DNA of 64,000 nt from Bacteroidales bacterium (GTDB lineage Bacteria > Bacteroidota > Bacteroidia > Bacteroidales > BM520). A program made the position numbers and the translations under genes. The stretch spans positions 266,903 through 330,902 of the forward strand of contig JBMNMG010000002.1 in assembly GCA_050953245.1 (NCBI GenBank). Direction: 5' to 3'. The notes beneath the pieces were generated by a model. It had not been told where the DNA came from. It saw only the letters and a program-made list of their open reading frames with translations, and made no database searches. The stretch's first letter is position 1. Each line of letters starts with the position of its first letter. Below are positions 11,750-21,706 of this stretch, piece by piece.

Positions 11750-14095
11750 TTAGTTAATAGTGAATTTTGCTGAAGCATGTTTTTCGTTACTATATAATTT
11801 AATGAAATACATTCCATTGGCAAGATCAAAAATATTAAATGTTTTCTGAGTTAGTTGATTTGTATTTTCAAAATAATAAGTTTTTAGTGCTTGACCTGAA
11901 ATGTTATAGATAACTAATGAAATATCTTCTAATTGCGCGTTCAGATTAATCCTAAAAGCACCTTTATTAGGATTTGGAAGTACCTCTAATACAATATTTT
12001 CATCTGTAATTATTTCAGATTCATTTTTTCCTGCAGGATTTATTACATCATCTGAGAAATATACGACGTAACCACCAACTCTGTAATAAGGGTTATATCC
12101 ATCATTACAATTAGGACAAGTAACACCCGATACACAATCCGGATTATTTGGATGACAATAATCTACATAATCAGGATCAAAAATGTATTGTAGGGTTAAA
12201 GAATCATCTTCAATAAAATCTGATAAATCATAAAAATAAGGTTTAGAATTTGACCCCGGGTACCAACCGGCTCTGTTGTACTTCCAAGTTCCGTGTTGCG
12301 CTGTGCAATTGTCGGGATTAGGATTACATTCAGTAAATAAGTATTGAGTAAATGTATCTACACCATTTACTTTAAAAATATTATTAGAGTAATAAAATTC
12401 AGCTGCATTTTGAGAATTGTTTTTTTCCCAGTTGTGCCCTGTTGTGACAATTCTTAATTTTTGTTGTTTTACATTTTGTTTTGAATAAATAGTTTTAATT
12501 GGTACTGATAAGAGATTAGCAGGATTGCCTAAATCAAAATTTCCAATCCATACTTCTTCTAATAAACTATAATTATAAGTCGGTTCACCTTTAGTATAAT
12601 CTAAATAAAGATCGAACTGCCAACCGCCGGTTCCCCAAGTTTCGATATATACTCTAAATTCTACTTCACCTTGTAAGAGCGATTGATAATCAGTAACGTC
12701 AATACTATGTGAACAGCCTTTCCCAAACGGAGTTATATACCTAAACAATTCAACCCATTTTCCGTTTTTATCTTTAATCTGAAAATACCCTAATCTGTCC
12801 CAATCGTCGCAGCCACCTGGAACATCAGGGCAACTTACATCTAAATATGCAGAGATACTTTTAAATGCACCTACAAATTGTGGAAGCGTATAAGTTCCGT
12901 AATACCATTGGCTACCAATAGTCCCCATATCTATTACTGCATCATTTAAAGTTTGAATATATAAATCTTCTATATCATTGGAAACGTCAATTTGTTTTGT
13001 TATTTCAGATTCAACTCCATTGCTTCCTGTTGCTACAATTTTAATAGTATGTATCCCCCAGTCATCCGGAGTCCAATTTGCATAATATAAATTATCAATT
13101 TCTTTGCTTTTTATTATTTTATCATTTACATAAAATTTGATATCTTGAATATCCAAAACATCTTCAAAGTCAATATTTGCATACGCATAAATAGGATATG
13201 TCATAAGTTTTGGCATCAACAACGGAACTTCCTCAGTAAGACTTGTATAAATTTCAGGTTCAATTGACGAAAGATCAACAACTTTAAAAGATTGAGTTTT
13301 TTCGATAGGATAATATTGTTCATTTCCTTCTTGAAAAGCTTTAATTTTAACTATTCCCGAGTCTCCGGTAAAACTTAGTATGTTTTTTTCAACAGTAGCA
13401 GATCCTGAAGTAACTTCAAAAGTTACCGGTAAACTTGTATTTGTATATGCGACTAATTCAAAGGGTTCATCAGTATTATAATGCAATCCTAATGGTTCAA
13501 ATATTAAAACTTGATTGTTTTGTCCTGTTGGTACACAATCATCTCCTCCATTTAATTGATATGCATAAAGTTCAGCTATAACAATATGAGGATCATTAGA
13601 ATAATTTGAGTTAAAAACAATTTTAAAGAATCGTGCATATACAGCACCAAAATAAATTTCTGCAGTACTTCCGGAAGCATTAATATCAGGATATATAAAA
13701 TCTTCATTTACTTGTATTTGCCCCCAATCTATACCATCATTACTAAAATATACTTCAATGTTTTTAGGTTTATTATTGGGAGAGTCGCCTCTGGAAACTA
13801 TTGATATTCCATTTATTGGGAAAATTTCTCCCATATCTATCGAAATAAAATGAGGGTAAGACGATTCAAAATTTTTCCATTTAGTATGCCAAAAAGTATT
13901 TAAATCATTATCTATACAATTAATAGCTCTACCATTATTATCACCTTCACCAACAGTTTCTTCACTATCAAAATCTAAAATACTCCATTCGGCTCTGTCA
14001 ATTAAAATAGTATCGCATTGTGATTGTAATTGATTGTTAATAATTAAAGATAACGCTAGAACTAAAGCTTTTATAAGTAAAGTTTTATTTTTCAT
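11750..14095 (-). CDS. Secreted F5/8-type-C (discoidin) domain protein with PNGase-F-like C-terminal region and T9SS CTD
   Basis: Signal peptide; N-terminal discoidin-like region (NCIDNDLNTFWHTKW); RAGWYPG resembling the PNGase F RxGWCPG motif; C-terminal LPNPNKGAFRI...MYFIKL CTD. Confidence 0.55.
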   Translation of the reverse strand: MKNKTLLIKALVLALSLIINNQLQSQCDTILIDRAEWSILDFDSEETVGEGDNNGRAINCIDNDLNTFWHTKWKNFESSYPHFISIDMGEIFPINGISIVSRGDSPNNKPKNIEVYFSNDGIDWGQIQVNEDFIYPDINASGSTAEIYFGAVYARFFKIVFNSNYSNDPHIVIAELYAYQLNGGDDCVPTGQNNQVLIFEPLGLHYNTDEPFELVAYTNTSLPVTFEVTSGSATVEKNILSFTGDSGIVKIKAFQEGNEQYYPIEKTQSFKVVDLSSIEPEIYTSLTEEVPLLMPKLMTYPIYAYANIDFEDVLDIQDIKFYVNDKIIKSKEIDNLYYANWTPDDWGIHTIKIVATGSNGVESEITKQIDVSNDIEDLYIQTLNDAVIDMGTIGSQWYYGTYTLPQFVGAFKSISAYLDVSCPDVPGGCDDWDRLGYFQIKDKNGKWVELFRYITPFGKGCSHSIDVTDYQSLLQGEVEFRVYIETWGTGGWQFDLYLDYTKGEPTYNYSLLEEVWIGNFDLGNPANLLSVPIKTIYSKQNVKQQKLRIVTTGHNWEKNNSQNAAEFYYSNNIFKVNGVDTFTQYLFTECNPNPDNCTAQHGTWKYNRAGWYPGSNSKPYFYDLSDFIEDDSLTLQYIFDPDYVDYCHPNNPDCVSGVTCPNCNDGYNPYYRVGGYVVYFSDDVINPAGKNESEIITDENIVLEVLPNPNKGAFRINLNAQLEDISLVIYNISGQALKTYYFENTNQLTQKTFNIFDLANGMYFIKLYSNEKHASAKFTIN

Positions 14096-14228
14096 ACCAA
14101 ATAGTTTAATTGAAAATAATATTTCTTATGTTTTTTAACCCCCCAAAGATTATACAAATATAATAATAGTTTTTATTAATTATAAATAAAATTTTATCTT
14201 TGTATCTTATATAGTAAAAAGATTACTT

Positions 14229-15101
14229 ATGATATTATCAATGACAGGCTATGGAAAAAGTTCGTCTTTTTTCAATGGCAAAAAAATTAGTGTAGAGATC
14301 AAATCTTTAAATAGCAAGCAATTAGATTTATCGATAAAACTCCCTGTAATTTATAGAGAAAAAGAGTTTGAATTTCGTAAAATAGTTGGTTTAGAAGTTG
14401 TAAGAGGTAAGGTAGAAATTCTAGTATCCCTAGAAACCGATATTAATAAAAAGGAAGTTAATTTAAATAAAGAAGTAATAAAAAAATATTACAATTCACT
14501 TGTAGATGTAGAAAAAGATTTAAATATTTCCGACAAAACCGATTATTTGGCCGTAATAATGAAATTGCCGGATGTTATTATGGCTAAGGAAGAGGAAGTT
14601 TCCGAAGAAGAGTGGAATTGTGTTTTTAATTGTTTAAATGATGCTTTAATTGAATTCAATAAATTTAGAAAACAAGAAGGAGAAGCTTTATTCAATGACT
14701 TTTCAGCTCGTATCAACAATATCATAGAGAATTTAAATAAGATAAGAGAATTCGAAGATGAGAGAATAGAGAATATTCGTTCTAAAATTAATTTGGAATT
14801 AAATAGTTTAAAAGATATTGATATAGATAAAAATAGATTTGAACAAGAAATAATATATTATTTAGAAAAATTAGATATTACTGAAGAAAAAGTAAGATTA
14901 AAAAATCATTGTGATTATTTCTTAGAAGTATTAAATGAAAGTGAAAATCAAGGGAAGCAACTTAACTTTATTTCTCAAGAAATAGGTAGAGAAATTAACA
15001 CAATAGGTTCTAAGGCAAATGATTATGGTGTTCAGCATTTAGTTGTTTTGATGAAAGATGAACTCGAAAAAATAAAAGAACAAATAGCTAACGTATTGTA
15101 A
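14229..15101 (+). CDS. yicC: YicC/YloC family stress-induced protein (endoribonuclease family)
   Basis: MTGYGK N-terminus and C-terminal NFISQEIGREINTIGSKAND motif. Confidence 0.85.
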   Translation: MILSMTGYGKSSSFFNGKKISVEIKSLNSKQLDLSIKLPVIYREKEFEFRKIVGLEVVRGKVEILVSLETDINKKEVNLNKEVIKKYYNSLVDVEKDLNISDKTDYLAVIMKLPDVIMAKEEEVSEEEWNCVFNCLNDALIEFNKFRKQEGEALFNDFSARINNIIENLNKIREFEDERIENIRSKINLELNSLKDIDIDKNRFEQEIIYYLEKLDITEEKVRLKNHCDYFLEVLNESENQGKQLNFISQEIGREINTIGSKANDYGVQHLVVLMKDELEKIKEQIANVL

Positions 15102-15139
15102 TTTTTCCTGTATTATTAATACTATAAACAAATAGAGAT

Positions 15140-15703
15140 ATGCAAAAGATGCTAATTTTTTCTGCCCCTTCGGGTGCTGGTAAAACAACAATAGTAAAGC
15201 ATTTATTGGGAAAAATACCAAACTTAATGTTTTCTATATCTGCAACAAGTAGAGAGCCCAGAATAAACGAAATTAACGGTGTAGATTATTACTTTTTATC
15301 AGTAAATGAATTTAAAAACAAAATAAAAAATAATTGTTTTGTAGAATGGGAAGAAGTTTATACAGATACATTTTACGGAACTTTAAAAACTGAAGTTGAT
15401 AGAATTTGGAATCTAAATAAGTGCGTTATATTTGATGTGGATGTAAAAGGTGGAATTAATATTAAAAACAAGTATGGCAATAAAGCATTGTCAGTATTTA
15501 TTAAACCTCCATCACTAAAAGTATTGGAAGAAAGATTACGCAATAGAGGCACCAATACGGAAGAAGATATAAAACGCCGTATTCAAAAAGCAGAATATGA
15601 AATAAGTTTTTCAGACCAATTCGACAAAATCTTAATTAACGATAATTTACAAACAGCTTTTGATAAGTCGATAGAAATAGTAGAAAATTTTTTGAACAAC
15701 TAA
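15140..15703 (+). CDS. gmk: Guanylate kinase
   Basis: P-loop SAPSGAGKTT, ATSREPR motif, 187 aa. Confidence 0.92.
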   Translation: MQKMLIFSAPSGAGKTTIVKHLLGKIPNLMFSISATSREPRINEINGVDYYFLSVNEFKNKIKNNCFVEWEEVYTDTFYGTLKTEVDRIWNLNKCVIFDVDVKGGINIKNKYGNKALSVFIKPPSLKVLEERLRNRGTNTEEDIKRRIQKAEYEISFSDQFDKILINDNLQTAFDKSIEIVENFLNN

Positions 15704-15736
15704 ATTACAGAGTATAAAAATAATAATATAGAAAAT

Positions 15737-16282
15737 ATGAATATAGGCTTATTTTTCGGCTCATTTAATCCGATTCATAGCGGACATCTAACTATAGCAG
15801 AATATTTTGTTAAAAACGAATTAGTAAGTGAAGTTTGGTTTGTAGTATCTCCTCAAAGTCCGTTTAAACAAGATTTTATTGAAAAAAATGAAAGTGTAAA
15901 TCGAAATACTGATTTTTCAAAATTAATGTTAGATTTTGAAGAAAGGGTAAGCCTAATAAAAGAAGCAATAAAACTCAATCCAAAATTAAAAGTTTGTACT
16001 ATAGAGCAAACACTTCCAAAGCCATCCTATACAATAGATACACTAAACGAATTAGCAAAAAAATATCCATCTGAAAAATTTATAATCTTAATGGGAAGCG
16101 ACCAACTAAAAGGATTAGAAAAATGGAAAAATTGGGATGAAATTGCATCAACATATAAAATATTTGTGTATCCGCGAGGATACGAAGATTTTGCATATAT
16201 AAAACCAAATACAATAGTATTTGCCAATGCCCCGTTGATAGATATTTCTTCTACAAAAATTAGGAATCAATGGGCAAAATAA
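15737..16282 (+). CDS. nadD: Nicotinate-nucleotide adenylyltransferase
   Basis: GSFNPIHSGH nucleotidyltransferase motif, ISST near the C-terminus. Confidence 0.88.
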   Translation: MNIGLFFGSFNPIHSGHLTIAEYFVKNELVSEVWFVVSPQSPFKQDFIEKNESVNRNTDFSKLMLDFEERVSLIKEAIKLNPKLKVCTIEQTLPKPSYTIDTLNELAKKYPSEKFIILMGSDQLKGLEKWKNWDEIASTYKIFVYPRGYEDFAYIKPNTIVFANAPLIDISSTKIRNQWAK

Positions 16283-16481
16283 AATGACTGTAAAGAATTT
16301 TCAGTGTATCCATGCTTATTAAATATTTTTATTATAATAAAAGATAAATATAAAATAATATATTAACTTTGTAAAATATCGTTAAAATATTTTAGTAATC
16401 TAAAAAGCTATATTACAGTGATTTAGTATTTATTTTTTATAATACAATTAACATATTTATAATAATTAAAGTATCTTTATT

Positions 16482-18206
16482 ATGAGTGAAGTTAAGGTTA
16501 AAACTCCTTGGTATAGTAGTTTAGGTGATGTTCTTGCTCATTTAGACTATTTTGATGGCTCAATGTTTGAGATGGTGGCTGCAATTGCAGAAAAATATCC
16601 TCATCACATAGCATACGATTTTATGCAAAAAAAAACCACCTATAAACAATTAATTCAAAAAGTTGAAACTTGTGCTAAAGCTTTAAAAACTATAGGAATT
16701 CGTGAGGGCGATCGTGTTACAATTGCATTGCCTAATTGTCCTCAAGGAATTTGTATGTTTTATGCTGTTAATTTAGTGGGTGGTATAGCAAACATGATTC
16801 ATCCTCTTTCAAGTGAAAAAGAAATAGAATTTTATTTAAATGAGTCTCAAAGTGTCACAGTTATAACATTAGATCAATTTTATCATAAAATAGAAGCTGT
16901 CAGAAAAAATACATCAATAGTAAATGTTATAATAGCAAGTATTAAAGATGAACTTTTACCGTCAATCAAAGCCGGTTATATGTTAACCGCCGGTCGAAAA
17001 GTTGCAAAAATTCCGGAAGATGCACCTGTAATTCTTTGGAAAGATTTTATGAAATTGTCGAAAGCTTGCTTTTATAATTATAAAGTAAAAAGACAGTCTA
17101 ATGACCCTGCAGTAATTCTTTATTCAGGTGGTACAACAGGTACAACAAAAGGTATTGTTTTAACAAATCGTAATTTTAATGCCCTTGCAGAACAAATTGT
17201 TGCTACTAATCCTATGTTCAGACCAGGAGATAAAATGCTCGCAGCTATGCCTATATTCCATGGGTTTGGCTTGGGTGTTTGTATTCATTCCATGTTGGCA
17301 AAGGGAGGTAGATGTATTCTTGTTCCACGTTTTACTCCAAAAAGTTACTCTAAATTGATTACTAAACATAAATGTAATTTTATTGCAGGAGTACCTACTT
17401 TATACGAGGCAATTTTACGCTTGCCCAATATGAAAAAAGCACAATTATCAAATCTTAAAGGAGTGTTTTCAGGTGGTGATTCGCTATCAATAGAACTAAA
17501 GAAAAAATTTGATACTTATTTAGCTGAACATAATTCAACCATTAAAATTCGTGAAGGTTACGGCACAACAGAATGCGTTACAGCATCTTGTTTAACTCCT
17601 CCACATAAGTCAAAAGAAGGCAGCATAGGAATTCCTTTCCCTGATACATACTATAAAATAGTTGTTCCTGATACTGATGAAGAAGTTCCTTATGGACAAG
17701 AAGGAGAAATATTGTTAGCAGGGCCAACTGTTATGGCAGGTTATTATAATAATGAAGAAGAAACAGCAAAAACCTTACGTAAACATGCAGACGATTTAAC
17801 TTGGCTCTATACTGGCGACCTTGGAATAATGGATGAAGAAGGTTTTATCTATTTTAAAGGTAGAATTAAAAGAATGATTATTACTTCAGGGTATAGTGTA
17901 TTTCCAGCTCAATTAGAAAATATATTGGATTCTCACGAAAAAGTACAGATGAGTTGCTTTATTGGAGTTCCTGATTCATATAAAATGCAGAAAATAAAAG
18001 CATTTGTTATGTTGAAACCGGGTGTTGCTCCCAACGAAGAAACTAAAGAAGAATTGATGACTTATTGTAGAAAACGTATTGCAAAATATTCGATGCCATA
18101 TGATATAGAGTTTAGAGAAGAGTTACCAAAAACTCTTGTAGGAAAAGTTGCTTATCGTGTACTCGAAGAAGAAGAAATTGCTAAACTGAATGGACAAAAA
18201 CAATAA
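16482..18206 (+). CDS. AMP-dependent synthetase/ligase (long-chain acyl-CoA or acyl-ACP synthetase-like)
   Basis: Adenylation motifs YSGGTTGTTKG, GYGTTE, TGDLG; 574 aa. Confidence 0.85.
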   Translation: MSEVKVKTPWYSSLGDVLAHLDYFDGSMFEMVAAIAEKYPHHIAYDFMQKKTTYKQLIQKVETCAKALKTIGIREGDRVTIALPNCPQGICMFYAVNLVGGIANMIHPLSSEKEIEFYLNESQSVTVITLDQFYHKIEAVRKNTSIVNVIIASIKDELLPSIKAGYMLTAGRKVAKIPEDAPVILWKDFMKLSKACFYNYKVKRQSNDPAVILYSGGTTGTTKGIVLTNRNFNALAEQIVATNPMFRPGDKMLAAMPIFHGFGLGVCIHSMLAKGGRCILVPRFTPKSYSKLITKHKCNFIAGVPTLYEAILRLPNMKKAQLSNLKGVFSGGDSLSIELKKKFDTYLAEHNSTIKIREGYGTTECVTASCLTPPHKSKEGSIGIPFPDTYYKIVVPDTDEEVPYGQEGEILLAGPTVMAGYYNNEEETAKTLRKHADDLTWLYTGDLGIMDEEGFIYFKGRIKRMIITSGYSVFPAQLENILDSHEKVQMSCFIGVPDSYKMQKIKAFVMLKPGVAPNEETKEELMTYCRKRIAKYSMPYDIEFREELPKTLVGKVAYRVLEEEEIAKLNGQKQ

Positions 18207-19488
18207 ATCATCAGCAGACGTCTTAAAAAGAGTAAAATTTCAAAAGGGTGTTTATCGCTTTTGCTTATTTGTAATAGGCCCTTTTGTAAAAAAAATATTT
18301 CGTTTTAAATCAAAACCTTGTAAAGTAAAAAGTAAAACCTTTCTTGCACTTGGTAATCATACACAGGATCTCGATCCCGCACTTTTGGTTATAGGTACAA
18401 AGAAATATATGAAGTTTGTAGCAAATGCATCTTTAACTAAAGGTGTTTCAGGTTTTTTTCTGAATAATTTATTCGGAATTATTCCTCGCGAAAAAGGAGC
18501 AAGTGGAGAAGCAGTTATTGCATTAATAGAAAAAAATTTAAAAGCCGGAGTCCCTGTTGGAATGTTCCCCGAAGGAAATAAAACATGGGATGGTGAAACG
18601 GAATTTATTTCGAAACGTACTGCAAAGTTAGCTAAAGAATCAGGAGCGGCACTTATTACTTATAAATTTACAGGAGGATACCTTCTTAAACCACGTTGGG
18701 CAAGTTTTAAACGAAAAGGACCAATGTACGGTGAATTGGTAAACGAATATAGTGCTGAGCAACTTGCTTCAATGAGCGAAGAAGAAGTGTATCAAGTAAT
18801 GTGCGACGATTTATATGTTAATGCCTACATTGAACAGCAAAAAACAGGAGATTTATATATAGGGAAAAATTTAGCTGAAGGTTTTGAGTATGCAGCATAT
18901 CTTTGTCCTAAATGCGAACAATTTGGTACAATAACATCTTCAGGTAATGAAATTAGTTGTAATTGCGGTTTAACGGCCATCTATAATGATAAAGGTCGTA
19001 TAGAAAGCAATTGTTTAAACTTTGATACATTAATAGATTGGAATAGATTTCAAAAAAAATGGTTAAACGATAACTCCTCTACCCTTAAATTACAAATAGA
19101 TAGGCCAATTGTAAAAGATAAATATTTTAGTGTTGTTCGTATTGAAAATGGTGTTTATACAGAACTTTCAAATCATGCATCCTTAGCAATGTTTGGCAAT
19201 CGAATAGAAATATCATTTCAAAATTCAGAACAACTGAAAGAAAATGAAATAAAAACGAATCAAGTTCAAGATCAAAATAATGAACATTCTCCGGATGGAC
19301 AAGTTAAAATAGTTTATCCATTATCTCAAGTTTCCGGTTTTGGACTTTTCCGACAAAAATCGATCTATTTTAATTGTGAAAATCAAAACAACGATAAAGT
19401 TCGGTATCAACTTTTAGCTCATCATAAAGTTTCAGGTTTAAAGTACTATGCTTTATGGAGAGTGCTTACCGATCGGGAATATTTGTAA
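18190..19488 (+). CDS. PlsC-family (lysophospholipid) acyltransferase with extra Cys4 zinc-ribbon C-terminal domain
   Basis: HX4D-type block GNHTQDLDP and FPEGNKT block; CPKC...CNCG; 17-nt overlap with the upstream ligase. Confidence 0.65.
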   Translation: MDKNNKSSADVLKRVKFQKGVYRFCLFVIGPFVKKIFRFKSKPCKVKSKTFLALGNHTQDLDPALLVIGTKKYMKFVANASLTKGVSGFFLNNLFGIIPREKGASGEAVIALIEKNLKAGVPVGMFPEGNKTWDGETEFISKRTAKLAKESGAALITYKFTGGYLLKPRWASFKRKGPMYGELVNEYSAEQLASMSEEEVYQVMCDDLYVNAYIEQQKTGDLYIGKNLAEGFEYAAYLCPKCEQFGTITSSGNEISCNCGLTAIYNDKGRIESNCLNFDTLIDWNRFQKKWLNDNSSTLKLQIDRPIVKDKYFSVVRIENGVYTELSNHASLAMFGNRIEISFQNSEQLKENEIKTNQVQDQNNEHSPDGQVKIVYPLSQVSGFGLFRQKSIYFNCENQNNDKVRYQLLAHHKVSGLKYYALWRVLTDREYL

Positions 19489-19560
19489 AAAATCGGGAAG
19501 CCATCCCATTATAAAGCTTGAAAATTTCTTATATCAAAAAAATTATTATATTTGCAATGT

Positions 19561-19680
19561 AATTCTTCGGGGCGGGGTGTAATTCCCGACCGGCGGTAAA
19601 AGTCCGCGAGCCTTTATTAAGCAAAAGGTTGATTTGGTGAAATTCCAAAACCGACGGTAAAGTCCGGATGGAAGAAGTTA
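19561..19680 (+). promoter_or_regulatory. FMN riboswitch (RFN element)
   Basis: P1 TTCTTC/GAAGAA plus conserved GGGGCGGGGTGTAATTCCCGACCGGCGGTAAAAGTCCGCGAGC ... GGTGAAATTCCAAAACCGACGGTAAAGTCCGGATGGAAGAAG; directly upstream of the rib operon. Confidence 0.9.
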
Positions 19681-19747
19681 ATTATGTATTTGTATTTCAA
19701 AATTTTCCTTTCATTATTAACAAGCTCCGATAAATTTTATTGTGATT

Positions 19748-21046
19748 ATGCAGAATGCTAATGATATAAAATTTATGTGTAGAGCTATTGAGTTAGCAGA
19801 ATTAGGTAGAGGATTTACCAACCCTAATCCCTTAGTAGGTGCGGTAATTGTGTATAATAATGAGATTGTGGCATCAGGTTATCATGCACAATATGGGGCG
19901 CCTCATGCCGAAAGAGATGCCATTCAAAATTACATTAATTCCGGTAGAGATACTTCATTATTATCTAAAAGTACAATGTATGTTACCTTAGAGCCTTGTA
20001 ACCATTATGGAGTTACGCCTCCATGTACCGAAATTATCATTCAATATAATTTTAAAAGGGTAGTTGTAGGATTGAAAGATCCAAATCCTAAGATGGCAGG
20101 TAAAAGTCTTAGTTTGTTAAGATCAAAAGGTATTGAGGTCGATTTAATTGATAATGAAGAGATTCTTTCACTTCTAAAGAATCAAAATAAAATTTTTCTA
20201 AAGTATATCACTACTAAAAAACCTTATATGTTGATGAAAGTTGCCACTACTTTAGATGGTAAAATAGCAACTCATTCTAAAACTTCAGAAGCTATAAGCA
20301 ATGAACTTTCCCATACTTTTGTGCATTTTGCACGTCACAATTATGCCGGAATTATGGTAGGAAAAAACACTGTTTTGTCCGATAATCCATCCCTAAATTG
20401 CAGATTAAATTTGAAGAATGAGAATTACGACAAGCTGATAGATATTTATACTAAATATCTGATTGTTAACTTGTCTAATCATTATGAAGATAATACCAAT
20501 AAGAATATTAATATTAATATCAATTATACGGATATTGCAAAGAATTTTCTAAAGAAACTGAGTGTAGAAGGCGTTAAAAATCCGGTTAGAGTAATCGTAT
20601 CTTCGAAAGCGGATTTAGATATTAATTTTAATGTATTTCAGAATTTGGATAAATGTAGGACTCTTATAACTTACCTGAACTCTGAAAGTTTAAAAACTAT
20701 ACAAACTTTAAATGAGAAAGGAGTTGAAACTTTGTTAGTTGAGGGTTTGGATAATAAGAATGTTATCAATTTAGAATCGTTATTAGTAGAGCTTGGTAAG
20801 TTAAAGATAGATTCAATTTTATTAGAAGGTGGAGGCAATTTAAACTTTTCGTTTTTAGAGAACAATTTAATAGATGAGGTTTTATATTTTATTTCACCAA
20901 AGTTAGTTGGAGGTAAAGATGCTATTTCATCAGTAGAAGGGAAAGGTTTTGATTCAATTAAGGATGCTGTTTTATTAGATAAATCTTCAATAATAACACA
21001 ATATATAGATGGAGATATTTTAATTTCCGGAAAAATTTTAAAATAA
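19748..21046 (+). CDS. ribD: Bifunctional riboflavin biosynthesis deaminase/reductase RibD
   Basis: CMP/dCMP deaminase zinc motifs HAERDA and PCNHYGVTPPC; reductase C-terminal half with a ~50-aa N-rich insert. A GTG at 19742 is an alternative start. Confidence 0.9.
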   Translation: MQNANDIKFMCRAIELAELGRGFTNPNPLVGAVIVYNNEIVASGYHAQYGAPHAERDAIQNYINSGRDTSLLSKSTMYVTLEPCNHYGVTPPCTEIIIQYNFKRVVVGLKDPNPKMAGKSLSLLRSKGIEVDLIDNEEILSLLKNQNKIFLKYITTKKPYMLMKVATTLDGKIATHSKTSEAISNELSHTFVHFARHNYAGIMVGKNTVLSDNPSLNCRLNLKNENYDKLIDIYTKYLIVNLSNHYEDNTNKNINININYTDIAKNFLKKLSVEGVKNPVRVIVSSKADLDINFNVFQNLDKCRTLITYLNSESLKTIQTLNEKGVETLLVEGLDNKNVINLESLLVELGKLKIDSILLEGGGNLNFSFLENNLIDEVLYFISPKLVGGKDAISSVEGKGFDSIKDAVLLDKSSIITQYIDGDILISGKILK

Positions 21047-21058
21047 AGATAGGTTATT

Positions 21059-21706
21059 ATGTTTACAGGAATAGTTGAACAAGTTGGAAGAGTTAAAAAA
21101 ATACAACATAGAGGCAATTTTAGTAGTGTTGAGATCGAAATATTATCTAAGGATAAGAATGAGAAAGATAACTTTTTAAAAGTAGGTGATAGTATTGCAG
21201 TAAATGGAGTGTGTTTAACTGCAACTTCTTACAATAATTATATTTTTACCGCTGATATAATGGTAGAAACATTGAAATCCACAACACTTAAAACTCTAAA
21301 AGTTAGCGATATAGTTAATCTGGAAAGAGCATTAACTTTACAAACAAGATTAGGAGGTCATATAGTAACAGGTCATGTAGATGGAGTGGGAACAGTGTCT
21401 AATATTTTAAATGTGGAAAATGCTAAAATAGTAACTTTTAAATGTGAAAATAATATTTGTAAATACATTGTTAAAAAAGGTTCTGTTGCTATAGACGGTA
21501 TAAGTTTAACTGTTGTAGAGAGTGATAATATCAGAAATACTTTTAAAGTGGGGCTAATTCCTCATACACAAAACAATACAACATTAAAAGATATTTATGT
21601 TGGGTCTAAAGTAAATATAGAAGTAGACATTTTAATTAGATATTTGGAACAACTAAATAGAAACAATAACGTAGATAAAAAAAATAATATATATGAACAA
21701 ATATAA
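21059..21706 (+). CDS. ribE: Riboflavin synthase (alpha chain)
   Basis: MFTGIVE N-terminus, duplicated lumazine-binding repeats (GDSIAVNGVCLT / GSVAIDGISLT). Confidence 0.9.
   Translation: MFTGIVEQVGRVKKIQHRGNFSSVEIEILSKDKNEKDNFLKVGDSIAVNGVCLTATSYNNYIFTADIMVETLKSTTLKTLKVSDIVNLERALTLQTRLGGHIVTGHVDGVGTVSNILNVENAKIVTFKCENNICKYIVKKGSVAIDGISLTVVESDNIRNTFKVGLIPHTQNNTTLKDIYVGSKVNIEVDILIRYLEQLNRNNNVDKKNNIYEQI

Noticed and set aside
20380-20560. A ~50-aa N/I/K-rich insertion in the RibD reductase domain (a similar insert occurs in PurN at ~8760-8840) could be an intein or a mobile insertion.
   Set aside because: The insertions are in frame and of low complexity. They have no intein or transposase motifs and fit the AT-driven expansion segments common in low-GC genomes.
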